Positions 1 through 7,361 of a stretch of 64,000 bases of DNA are shown piece by piece. The DNA comes from a virus, in IMG/VR virus record IMGVR_UViG_3300044786_000023, positions 1 to 64,000 of that record. One strand, written 5' to 3'. How positions within the stretch are numbered: position 1 is the stretch's first letter; every line of letters begins with the position of its first letter. The notes below the pieces were generated by a model that worked only from the letters and a program-made list of their open reading frames with translations, did not search any database and was not told the origin of the DNA. Position numbers and translations under genes: made by a program.

Positions 1-656
1 AATAAGGCAGAGATGGCAGCATTTACTTTTTGGGGTGTATCCATTCTATCCAAGCCTTCCCATTTAGAAGGATGCTCATGGGTATCCAGAATCAAGACAC
101 GATTGCCGGCCATTTTGCGCCGATGTGCTATCTGCCTTTCCAGGCTGGTTTTACCTAACCCAGTGCCACCGTAGATAAGTACATGCGGGTATGTGTCTAT
201 CAGAGTAAGTAGGTCTAATTCGCCCTGTAGAGGCATTGTAGTGACTTGTGAGGCGATTTGATGCGGCGCGTGTTCAATGATATGCGCTTGTGTCTCAAAT
301 GGCTCTGGTCGGCGCAGGTGGGAATTGACGCGCCATAGGGGTTTGCTTCGGTCGAGTAAGGCATACTCGATAGTTTTTTTACCGTTGCTATCCTTGACTT
401 CCTCCCGAATCCAGACATCGGCATGGATGATATTCGCATCTAATTCGGCGCGCCGACGTGATGCTTTTTTAGTTAGCAGAACTTCCTTAGCTAAAAGGCC
501 AGCTAATACTGCAAATACGATTAACGATATTGCCAAGATACCTAGCACAAGCCTGGCGAAAATAGTAAATTCGCTCTGCGTAGCCGGCAATATGCCAAAG
601 GATAGCAATAATAGCAATCCAAATATTGATATGTAAATCCTTGTCTGCCAACTCAT
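1..656 (-). CDS. FtsK/HerA-type P-loop NTPase with N-terminal transmembrane segments (C-terminus runs off window start; start codon uncertain)
   Basis: Absent from the ORF track because it is open at position 1. My minus-strand translation from ATG 656 reads MSWQTRIYISIFGLLLLSFGILPATQSEFTIFARLVLGILAISLIVFAVLAGLLAKEVLLTKKASRRR...TTMPLQGELDLLTLIDTYPHVLIYGGTGLGKTSLERQIAHRRKMAGNRVLILDTHEH... Walker A GGTGLGKT lies at 147-170. VLILD follows about 20 aa later, as in FtsK/TraB-like translocases. Alternative starts are GTG 548 and ATG 236. Confidence 0.6.
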   Translation of the reverse strand, partial: MSWQTRIYISIFGLLLLLSFGILPATQSEFTIFARLVLGILAISLIVFAVLAGLLAKEVLLTKKASRRRAELDANIIHADVWIREEVKDSNGKKTIEYALLDRSKPLWRVNSHLRRPEPFETQAHIIEHAPHQIASQVTTMPLQGELDLLTLIDTYPHVLIYGGTGLGKTSLERQIAHRRKMAGNRVLILDTHEHPSKWEGLDRMDTPQKVNAAISAL

Positions 657-954
657 CAGGATAGTTACCTTTTTCCCAATACGAGATGCGCTGCTTTCGT
701 TGCATGTAATCGAGTAGCACCATGCCGGGAAATGCGAATAGGAATATCACGGCTATATCGGCTATGACGTGCTGGGCCAGCATCGGCGTATCCCATCTTA
801 GCCATGCCTCAGCTAACCCTATCCACATTACTAATTGCTGGCCGATGAGACTCCATACCTGGAAGTACACGGGTAAGCGAATGATGACCAACGCCAGAAT
901 GATACTTGTTACTCCAAAGAAAACAGCGACATACAAAAGTGGTAAATCCAGCAT
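487..954 (-). CDS. multi-pass membrane protein (about 4 TM)
   Basis: Track ORF. A strong SD (GGGAGGATATT) precedes ATG 954. The sequence has four hydrophobic helices. Its 3' end overlaps the ATPase reading frame out of frame. Confidence 0.6.
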   Translation of the reverse strand: MLDLPLLYVAVFFGVTSIILALVIIRLPVYFQVWSLIGQQLVMWIGLAEAWLRWDTPMLAQHVIADIAVIFLFAFPGMVLLDYMQRKQRISYWEKGNYPDELADKDLHINIWIAIIAILWHIAGYAERIYYFRQACARYLGNIVNRICSISWPFS

Positions 955-1014
955 AATATCCTCCCAAATATTGATTGATAGCTTTACCTCCCTAGTTTAT
1001 ACTTGTACCTGGTT

Positions 1015-1254
1015 TTAATGCAACCCTAATCCCCATGCCAGTGAACTAATACGGATACCTAAAATCACACTGCCAAATTGATAAGCCTCAGTAACATCGT
1101 TTAACCATAGGAGCACGGGTGCTAACACGCGAAGTAGTACAAGTAACATTCCAACCATTATAATGAGCGATTGAATAAGCCGTATCAATTGCCCGGTATC
1201 ATCACTGACAATCATGCTGCCAACGAATCTAATTTCCTGTAGGAATGTTGTCAT
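1015..1254 (-). CDS. small membrane protein
   Basis: Track ORF with two hydrophobic segments. Packed in the leftward operon, and its start overlaps the upstream stop. Confidence 0.5.
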   Translation of the reverse strand: MTTFLQEIRFVGSMIVSDDTGQLIRLIQSLIIMVGMLLVLLRVLAPVLLWLNDVTEAYQFGSVILGIRISSLAWGLGLH

Positions 1255-1442
1255 ACCATTACCGATTCCCGTTCCCTAATAAACATAGCGCCGCGCTCCA
1301 GTGCGTCGGCTATTTCTTTGTATAGCGTAGCTCGTTCACGTTGCATGAACGTCGCCATTTTGCGCCGATCCTGCGCTAGTTGCTCTAGTAATAAAGCGCA
1401 TGCTTCTCGTTCCTGAATAACTGCTAACTCAACTTCGTTCAC
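1251..1442 (-). CDS. hypothetical protein
   Basis: Track ORF in the operon, with helical charged composition. Confidence 0.5.
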   Translation of the reverse strand: MNEVELAVIQEREACALLLEQLAQDRRKMATFMQRERATLYKEIADALERGAMFIRERESVMV

Positions 1443-1647
1443 CTTTCTTTTCCATTTCTACGCCGGTAACTTCCCCAAGTTCACATGGCAACTCCACTTT
1501 AGCTATACCCCCATAAATCAGACTCCCCAAATTGTAACGCTGTAACTTGTCCAGACGTGGAATAATGATTGTGATACCTTCGACTTCGATTACCAAGTCT
1601 GGATTACTGCCCCGTTTAGCGTTCATTGATATTTTGGCTATTTGCAT
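1429..1647 (-). CDS. hypothetical protein
   Basis: The track ORF is 1429..1677. The internal ATG at 1647 (MQIAKISM...) is preceded by SD GAGGGAG, so I prefer it as the start. Confidence 0.5.
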   Translation of the reverse strand: MQIAKISMNAKRGSNPDLVIEVEGITIIIPRLDKLQRYNLGSLIYGGIAKVELPCELGEVTGVEMEKKGERS

Positions 1648-1654
1648 ATCTCCC

Positions 1655-1735
1655 TCACTCAAACGGAATATTATCAAGTATCACGGTGATACTCAGCATG
1701 ATGATTGCAACTAGGATGAAGGCGAGGCTAAACAT
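1655..1735 (-). CDS. 26-aa hydrophobic peptide (MFSLAFILVAIIMLSITVILDNIPFE)
   Basis: Not in the track. Its ATG overlaps the upstream stop as TAATG at 1733-1737, and it ends just before the SD of the next gene. It has a single TM segment. Confidence 0.3.
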   Translation of the reverse strand: MFSLAFILVAIIMLSITVILDNIPFE

Positions 1736-2322
1736 TAGTGTTTACCATTATTCAGTGCCTTTATATCACTTCTAACAGTTGAAATGCTAACGCCTAACTC
1801 ACCGGCTATTGCCTTTTGTGTATGCGACTCTAGCATCCCTGCTACTTGCTGACGACGGGTAGTTATCGGATCATCAATAGTTTCTTGCAGAGTAGTTACC
1901 TGTTGTGTTAAGTTCTGTACTTTGTGGTTACGGGTGACGCTATTTTTAAGCTGCATCATTAACACTTCGAATGATAGGAGTAGTGATAGAGGGGGTACAC
2001 AAGTAACAATGATTCTGGTAGTGAGTGGTAATAGCAGTTGTGGGTATGCGTGAATGATGTTGAATAGCATGGTTGCTATTACATACCCGGCAACCATTGA
2101 CCATAATTGCCATGTGGATTCGCTATGCAGGTATGCGACAATGGCGCATAGGCTAAAAACTACTAATGGGAAGTCAACTAGCAGCGGCCAGATATAGGCC
2201 AATTGTATACCATTAGATAGTGCTACCTGATATAGTGCATTATAGCTCAGGATAAATGAGCCAAGCGCAACAAGGAATACTAGCAAGGCAGTTAGCCAGG
2301 CTATGAGTTTAGTTAGATTCAT
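1735..2322 (-). CDS. DUF2637-like membrane domain fused to a C-terminal HTH
   Basis: The N-terminal 4-TM region (LIAWLTALLVFLVALGSFILSYNALYQVA...) resembles DUF2637 from memory. The C-terminus QKAIAGELGVSISTVRSDIKALN is a sigma70-region-4/LuxR-like HTH. SD GAAGGAAG lies upstream. Confidence 0.6.
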   Translation of the reverse strand: MNLTKLIAWLTALLVFLVALGSFILSYNALYQVALSNGIQLAYIWPLLVDFPLVVFSLCAIVAYLHSESTWQLWSMVAGYVIATMLFNIIHAYPQLLLPLTTRIIVTCVPPLSLLLSFEVLMMQLKNSVTRNHKVQNLTQQVTTLQETIDDPITTRRQQVAGMLESHTQKAIAGELGVSISTVRSDIKALNNGKH

Positions 2323-2330
2323 TATGCTTC

Positions 2331-2486
2331 TCAGCTTCCTTCATAGTAGTCACCATCTGGCACTGTACCCACGCCGGCGCACACTAAACACATTCCTGTC
2401 TGCAAGCACTCTTTACATCCCTTACCTCTACAGCGTGGACATTTACCTTTACCGCTACAATTAGGACAAACTTTGGTTACGTTCAT
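2331..2486 (-). CDS. 51-aa Cys-rich zinc-finger protein (DnaJ-type CxxCxGxG repeats)
   Basis: Not in the track. My translation reads MNVTKVCPNCSGKGKCPRCRGKGCKECLQTGMCLVCAGVGTVPDGDYYEGS, with four CxxC pairs. It fills the gap between two operon genes. Confidence 0.45.
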   Translation of the reverse strand: MNVTKVCPNCSGKGKCPRCRGKGCKECLQTGMCLVCAGVGTVPDGDYYEGS

Positions 2487-2658
2487 CTCGCTTCTTTCGT
2501 CCTTCCTCTGCTACCCTCTCTGAGATGACTTGCAGGATAGTTAGAGCGCCGTGTGTTTTACATAGATAGCCGGTGGGAGTCGGTAAAACTGGCTCAAAAC
2601 AAATCGGACAATGTAATTGAGGGACTCTTATTTCTTCATCATGTGTGAGGTTAGTCAT
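2461..2658 (-). CDS. small zinc-ribbon-like protein
   Basis: Track ORF. Carries CPICFE...CKTHG. Confidence 0.5.
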   Translation of the reverse strand: MTNLTHDEEIRVPQLHCPICFEPVLPTPTGYLCKTHGALTILQVISERVAEEGRKKRDERNQSLS

Positions 2659-2888
2659 CTGTCATCCTTAACTAACTGAATCTCAACTCGATAGCCAAAG
2701 TAACTGGCTATCTTTGCGATTGTCCTTATAGTAGTCGATTCAGGTATGCCCGTTTCTCTAACAACTTTGTAAAGTGTATTGCGTGGCATACCTATTTTAT
2801 CAGCTATCCGATATGGCGGTTCGCCGTTTAACAACTCTCTAATGGGATTCATCAAAGGTATCTTACCATGTCTCATAAGATTTTGCAA
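2655..2888 (-). CDS. Cro/XRE-like HTH regulator (likely start ATG 2852)
   Basis: The segment YRIADKIGMPRNTLYKVVRETG is an HTH. It is a paralog of 11429..11638 (shared ...ASYFGYRVEIQL / ...ASHFGYRVKVTL). Position 2888 is a TTG. Alignment to the paralog favours MNPIRELL at 2852. Confidence 0.65.
   Translation of the reverse strand: MQNLMRHGKIPLMNPIRELLNGEPPYRIADKIGMPRNTLYKVVRETGIPESTTIRTIAKIASYFGYRVEIQLVKDDR
2860..2888 (-). promoter_or_regulatory. sigma70-like promoter TTGCAA-17-TAAGAT, predicted leaderless for ATG 2852
   Basis: -35 at 2883-2888 and -10 at 2860-2865 (minus strand), with a 17-nt spacer. The ATG lies 7 nt after the -10. Confidence 0.3.
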
Positions 2889-3275
2889 TATACTTTTACA
2901 CTTTTTAATGTAAACTGACTAGCTAACCGTGTAGTATTTAATTATGAATGATGGTACACTAGAATGTATGATAAGACAGCCGTGTAAATCTATCTACGCT
3001 TATCACAGGGCGCAATATCCGGGTAGAGGACATGGCAGGATATAAGCGACTTGAGAGACAGTTTATGCAACGGATAGCTTAGTTAGCTGGCTTATTCGTG
3101 ACAAAAATTGCAGACCGATGCTAGTACAAGCCGGATATGCTAGTGAGCGAGACAGTCCACTTAGATAAATGTTTCTAAGCCTCGTTAAACGTAGGACCTG
3201 CTAACTTACGAGCCAATGTATGAATCTAGCTTGACGGTAAGCCAGCTAGTAAACTCTAACGAAAGGAGAATCAAC

Positions 3276-3356
3276 ATGGACTACTTAATTGACCCGCTGC
3301 CGGATGGCCCGGATGGTGACGAGGATGAAGGCGACGACGGCGGAAGCGAAGGGTAG
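3276..3356 (+). CDS. 26-aa highly acidic micro-ORF (MDYLIDPLPDGPDGDEDEGDDGGSEG)
   Basis: SD GAAAGGAGAA lies 6 nt upstream of the ATG. The stop is followed within 10 nt by an intrinsic terminator. Confidence 0.35.
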   Translation: MDYLIDPLPDGPDGDEDEGDDGGSEG

Positions 3357-3365
3357 TAAAATTAA

Positions 3366-3389
3366 GAGGCAGGATAACTGCCTCTTTTT
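3366..3389. terminator. bidirectional rho-independent terminator
   Basis: GAGGCAG-gataa-CTGCCTC is followed by TTTTT on the plus strand and preceded by an A/T-rich run usable on the minus strand. Confidence 0.55.
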
Positions 3390-3549
3390 GATTCCCATGC
3401 TATTGTTGCCAGTCTCCAGGCCAAACCGGGGCTAAAAATATACACATCTTGAACCGGCCATTGTAAAGCATAACAATAATAAAAGAACAAATATAAACGT
3501 TTCATTTTACCTTTACCTGCACTCGGCGCGTAGCGCCGACAGACTCTTA

Positions 3550-3933
3550 TTAATCATGATTCATGTGCTTCGCACTCAACCACACCTCAAAATATTCTAA
3601 TGCATCGTCATCCTCAAATTCATCGTGCCAAAATTCGCCATATACTTTACGCATGTAGGTTCTTGCCGCTACCATTTTGCGTCGTTCTTCATCGGCTATC
3701 GGGTGGCACGTGACACAGAGTACCTGCAAGTCGGCAAGCTTCTCTTTGCCAAGTGAATCATAGTGCAAGTGGTGTACTTCTAGCTGGCGCACCGATCCGC
3801 ATAACTCACACTTACGACCCACTTGTTTGAATTTGCGTTGGCGCTTGCGCCGCCAGGTGTCGGATAAAAGATAGGCGAGGTACTCAGGGGTATGGCTAAA
3901 GTTCATGTTTTTAGTATATTTTTGGGGACACAT
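3550..3933 (-). CDS. HNH endonuclease
   Basis: Carries CELCGS...LEVHHLHY...LQVLCVTCH. The first ATG (3933) lies inside an iteron, so ATG 3906 is an alternative start. Confidence 0.8.
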   Translation of the reverse strand: MCPQKYTKNMNFSHTPEYLAYLLSDTWRRKRQRKFKQVGRKCELCGSVRQLEVHHLHYDSLGKEKLADLQVLCVTCHPIADEERRKMVAARTYMRKVYGEFWHDEFEDDDALEYFEVWLSAKHMNHD

Positions 3934-4265
3934 ATTGTCAATTTTGGGGACACTGGGGACACATTTACATTGTTAAAGTTATATCCTTCACAAAGTTGGG
4001 TAGTTTTTGGTTATGCGAATAATGGATTTTGGGGACACATTTTGGATTTTGGGGACACATTTGGGGACACATTTATTATGCGAAGTTTACAATAACTCTT
4101 GACTGAATTAGTATTTGGGGACACAAGAGACACTAGAGACATACATTTTATAAAATACTCATGTATATCGTTTTTTACTGTAAGCGTTAAGTAAAAAGTG
4201 CCATTTTTTATATATAGTGTTTGCAGGGTCAAATTAGTGTCTCTTGTGTCCCGGATGTCTCCAAA
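3922..4265. repeat. iteron array plus AT-rich segment; putative replication origin
   Basis: TTGGGGACAC(AT) occurs at 3922, 3944, 3954, 4029, 4049, 4061 and 4115. Degenerate GAGACAC/GAGACAT copies span 4125-4142. Inverted copies lie at 4237-4252 (reverse complement of 4118-4133) and 4255-4265. They flank an AT-rich stretch at about 4141-4236. Confidence 0.6.
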
Positions 4266-5690
4266 TTAAAACTTAGCTTGTTTTGGCTGGTTCGGGTCAT
4301 ACTTGGACAACTTACTTGGAGCAAGTTTCAATCTCTTGATAATCCTAATCGTTCTGGTAGCTTTATCTTTTCCATAATAAAACTTAAGTGCTTCCATTTC
4401 TGACTTGAAGCTGCGATTAGACATCGGCTTGTATCCGTTTAGCATTGCCCATTGTTTATATCTATTGTAAACCTCTGCTGATGACTCCTCTAATCCTTCA
4501 ATTATCTTTGGATCAATACCATCTGGCGCGTTCATCCAAGTCATTTCGGCTTCATCTTCGATGAACAGCCGGATCGTGTTAGATTCTAGTTGTAATCCTT
4601 CTTTCATCCTCTCAACTTGCTTGCAGCAGCTAAACTTCTGATTACTTCTAAGCCGGTGCAGACCAATTAAGCACCAGTTAAAAATGCCGCTTAACTCTTT
4701 AGTGAGTTTCTCTTTTAGGTCAGCTATACGGTTGCCGTCATCAAATGTCCGGTTAAACGGAATCGGCTTCATGCTGCGCCAAAAGCCATGTGACGTATCC
4801 GTAATAGTCGGCAGTCGATTCATACTCCACCATAACTTTGCTTGTGGATAAAGAACAAACGGTTCACGTCGAATCTGGCGCACCGGAGTCGGATCGCCAT
4901 GTACCAGCGCTTTTATAACTCCGTCCTCCACCATGTTATCATGCGTGTTCGCTTCGCTGCACATAGCAATACGTTTACCTAGCAAGCCGGCAAGTTGGTA
5001 CTTCTCTCTCTTTAATATATTAAGGTCGATATAGGTAGCAGCAGCGCCACCAAGCTGAGTAAGAATATGAAAGAGTACCCCTTTGCCATTCTCGCCTTCG
5101 CCAATGCACCAAAACATCACCTGATAACTTACATCGGTAGTGAGTGAGTAGCCGATAACCTCTTGGATGAAGTACAAAAGCTCTTGGTCCGTTGTTTTAC
5201 CGGTTAGGTCGGTAAACGTTGTTTGGATGTACAGATTCCAAAAGTCGCAGGTAGCATGCTCATCATATTCAAATGGCAATTGCGAGGTAAGTAGCAGCGC
5301 AGGGTCATGGGGAATCAAAGAATTAGAATCTAAATTATAAATGCCGTTTTTAAGATTGATTAGATTCGGATAGTTGTCTAGCTTCTCCTCTGAGATGCTT
5401 ATCGAAGCGCGGATAAAAGACATGATACTGCGGCGTGCGCTATCTGTGGGATCAAATATCCAGTCTGGCATTGTCTCAAATTGTTCCATAATGCGCCAGA
5501 CTTCCATTTCAATTTCAAAGTCTGGCACCGGGGACCAGACGCCATCGGCATATCTATGCCAGTATCCGCGTGAATACAGTGTGTTTTTCTGGTATCTACT
5601 TAAGTATACTCTACCTAGTTCGGTGTGAGTTACTTTTGGCGGCTTAACTGTGGCTTGCTTTTTAGCTGGCTGTGGATTAGTGGTTGGCAT
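4266..5690 (-). CDS. P4/D5-family primase-helicase (SF3 NTPase)
   Basis: Walker A WCIGEGENGKGVLF is typical of the phage/plasmid primase P4-family C-terminal domain. Size is 474 aa, adjacent to the iterons. Confidence 0.8.
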   Translation of the reverse strand: MPTTNPQPAKKQATVKPPKVTHTELGRVYLSRYQKNTLYSRGYWHRYADGVWSPVPDFEIEMEVWRIMEQFETMPDWIFDPTDSARRSIMSFIRASISISEEKLDNYPNLINLKNGIYNLDSNSLIPHDPALLLTSQLPFEYDEHATCDFWNLYIQTTFTDLTGKTTDQELLYFIQEVIGYSLTTDVSYQVMFWCIGEGENGKGVLFHILTQLGGAAATYIDLNILKREKYQLAGLLGKRIAMCSEANTHDNMVEDGVIKALVHGDPTPVRQIRREPFVLYPQAKLWWSMNRLPTITDTSHGFWRSMKPIPFNRTFDDGNRIADLKEKLTKELSGIFNWCLIGLHRLRSNQKFSCCKQVERMKEGLQLESNTIRLFIEDEAEMTWMNAPDGIDPKIIEGLEESSAEVYNRYKQWAMLNGYKPMSNRSFKSEMEALKFYYGKDKATRTIRIIKRLKLAPSKLSKYDPNQPKQAKF

Positions 5691-6247
5691 TAGGACTCCT
5701 TTCGGAGAGTTAGTTCATACGATACTTTGGGACTCTTGTCTTTTCTAAACTCGTAATAAGATCGAAGGGAGATATTTAATTTAACTAATCTTTCAATCCA
5801 TTTTCTATCCTCTGCCTCTTCTGCCCAATCTTTGATATGCTTTTTGAGCAGATTCAAGTCGCAATCAAAAATATCGGTCTTGCCCCAAACCTTCGCTTTT
5901 TCTGGCTTTCCCTTTTCTTTATACCAGACAACGATAATAGTGAAATCCTCTTTTTTGGATAGGGCATCAAACATAATTGTTTGTCCTTCAGGTACAAAGT
6001 ACGATTCCCGTTCTACTATTGTCGTTTTTCCGTTGACCGTTTTTAGTTCAACTTTGGTTTCTATCCGCTTAGTTTCAAGAATGAAGATACTGCCATTCCT
6101 TTCGATAATGCCATCTAAATCAGAGAATTTAATCTTACCGGGTAAACAGTCGTTAAAAATGTCGTAAGGCCATAGAGTACTGACAAAAACTTCCAGGTTT
6201 CTGATATTGCCAAGTTTTTCATTTAATGGACACTCAGGACAAATCAT
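5690..6247 (-). CDS. hypothetical protein with possible PD-(D/E)xK nuclease motif
   Basis: Track ORF. SDLDGIIERNGSIFILETK fits D...ExK. The function is tentative. Confidence 0.5.
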   Translation of the reverse strand: MICPECPLNEKLGNIRNLEVFVSTLWPYDIFNDCLPGKIKFSDLDGIIERNGSIFILETKRIETKVELKTVNGKTTIVERESYFVPEGQTIMFDALSKKEDFTIIVVWYKEKGKPEKAKVWGKTDIFDCDLNLLKKHIKDWAEEAEDRKWIERLVKLNISLRSYYEFRKDKSPKVSYELTLRKES

Positions 6248-7172
6248 CTATTGCCTTCACAATCCGGCCAAACTGCCTAAAATTTCTAACAAAGGATTCG
6301 ACATTTTTACCGAAGTAGACAAAGACACTACCATGTGTTGACCCTTTGGCTACGCTGTGAGAAGTAACAAAGTTTATGCGGTGATTAGTAAAGCAGAGGA
6401 TGTAATTCCAGCATGGTGCAAACCATGCCGTTTCAGTTGAATTGCTATTGACCAAAAGAATTGCCTCGGTCGTGATTCCGTTTTCGTATTGCTGGACAAG
6501 TCTAGCAACAAAATCACGGGCTATACCACCATAGGGGGGATTCAGCCAAACTCTACCAGGCCAATTGTACTCAAGGCCATTATTTTTCTTAGTGTAGAAA
6601 ATATTAGCTTGCACAGTCTCATTAGCTAATTCACTGCTGGCCGGGTCTATATCTATCTGGCCTAAAACAGCGCGGGCGGATTCGATATATTCTTTTGGAG
6701 TCCACCATTCATTAGTAGACTTTGAGGATATGCGTTCAATGTCTTTAGCGTCACCTGAGTTATAACGAAGCAAGCCGATAATAGTTAATTCGCCATCGAG
6801 TGATGCATTAACAAGATATAAAAATTCTTGTAAGATGTCTTCGGGAACGGCTAAAAGTTTACGGCACCGATGAATCTCTGAAGGGTCAAATTCAAAATCA
6901 GCAGATTTCAAGTTTGCATCATGCAAACTTGATTTTCTATTCCCTCCATGTCCATTTAATTCCCCTCTGTCTTGCATTTCGTTATAGACTTCAGCCAACC
7001 GCTGGTCACAGCGAATACAACCCAAAGCACCTTGATTCTGTATTTCTCTGTTCCCCTGGCGTCTACCGTAAACCTCTATGGCGGCGGCCTTACCTCGCAA
7101 TTCTTTTATTTCATCGGGTGAATTTACTTTAGCTAATGCTTGCTTGATGTTATCAATTATCGCCAGTTCCAT
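6234..7172 (-). CDS. dam: phage Dam-type DNA N6-adenine methyltransferase
   Basis: Carries WWTPKEYIESAR...IDPASS...WLNPPYGG (NPPY motif). The track start 7211 is a TTG. ATG 7172 (MELAIID) has SD AAAGGA upstream. Confidence 0.8.
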   Translation of the reverse strand: MELAIIDNIKQALAKVNSPDEIKELRGKAAAIEVYGRRQGNREIQNQGALGCIRCDQRLAEVYNEMQDRGELNGHGGNRKSSLHDANLKSADFEFDPSEIHRCRKLLAVPEDILQEFLYLVNASLDGELTIIGLLRYNSGDAKDIERISSKSTNEWWTPKEYIESARAVLGQIDIDPASSELANETVQANIFYTKKNNGLEYNWPGRVWLNPPYGGIARDFVARLVQQYENGITTEAILLVNSNSTETAWFAPCWNYILCFTNHRINFVTSHSVAKGSTHGSVFVYFGKNVESFVRNFRQFGRIVKAIDDLS

Positions 7173-7224
7173 TTGTAGTCCTTTCTGCAAAACAAAAAAG
7201 GTAGCACGCAACGAAGCGCCTACC

Positions 7225-7253
7225 TTGACATATTACTTAAAAAATGTTATGAT
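7225..7253 (+). promoter_or_regulatory. near-consensus sigma70 promoter TTGACA-17-TATGAT, antisense to the surrounding operon
   Basis: -35 at 7225-7230, 17-nt spacer, -10 at 7248-7253. Confidence 0.4.
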
Positions 7254-7259
7254 ATTTGT

Positions 7260-7335
7260 GAAGTGGGGCACTTTAAGACTCCTTTGACTTGAGACGAAGA
7301 ACCGACCGGGCCAGCTAAACTCAGTCGGTTTTTTG
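7260..7335 (+). ncRNA. candidate ~75-nt small RNA (promoter to terminator)
   Basis: Lies between the promoter at 7225-7253 and the hairpin AACCGAC(7300-7306)/GTCGGTT(7324-7330) plus T-run 7329-7334. Contains CTCCTTT (anti-SD-like). There is no plus-strand ORF here. Confidence 0.25.
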
Positions 7336-7361
7336 TTACCTCTATCTTACCACGATACGAG

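Noticed and set aside
215-636. Track ORFs 215..439 (-) and 277..636 (+).
   Set aside because: Both overlap the long ATPase reading frame, which has a clear Walker A and protein-like sequence. Their own products are low-complexity or basic with no start signals.
3362-3505. 47-codon minus-strand ORF downstream of the HNH gene (MKRLYLFFYYCY...).
   Set aside because: It has a plausible SD. However, it reads through the terminator hairpin and has an odd aromatic, low-complexity composition, so it is probably non-coding.
3892-4403. Track ORFs 3892..4095 (+), 4011..4232 (-) and 4221..4403 (+).
   Set aside because: They are made of the iteron repeats and the AT-rich spacer, giving repetitive peptides such as FGDTFGDTF. 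They lack SD sequences. The third overlaps the 3' end of the primase-helicase gene on the opposite strand.
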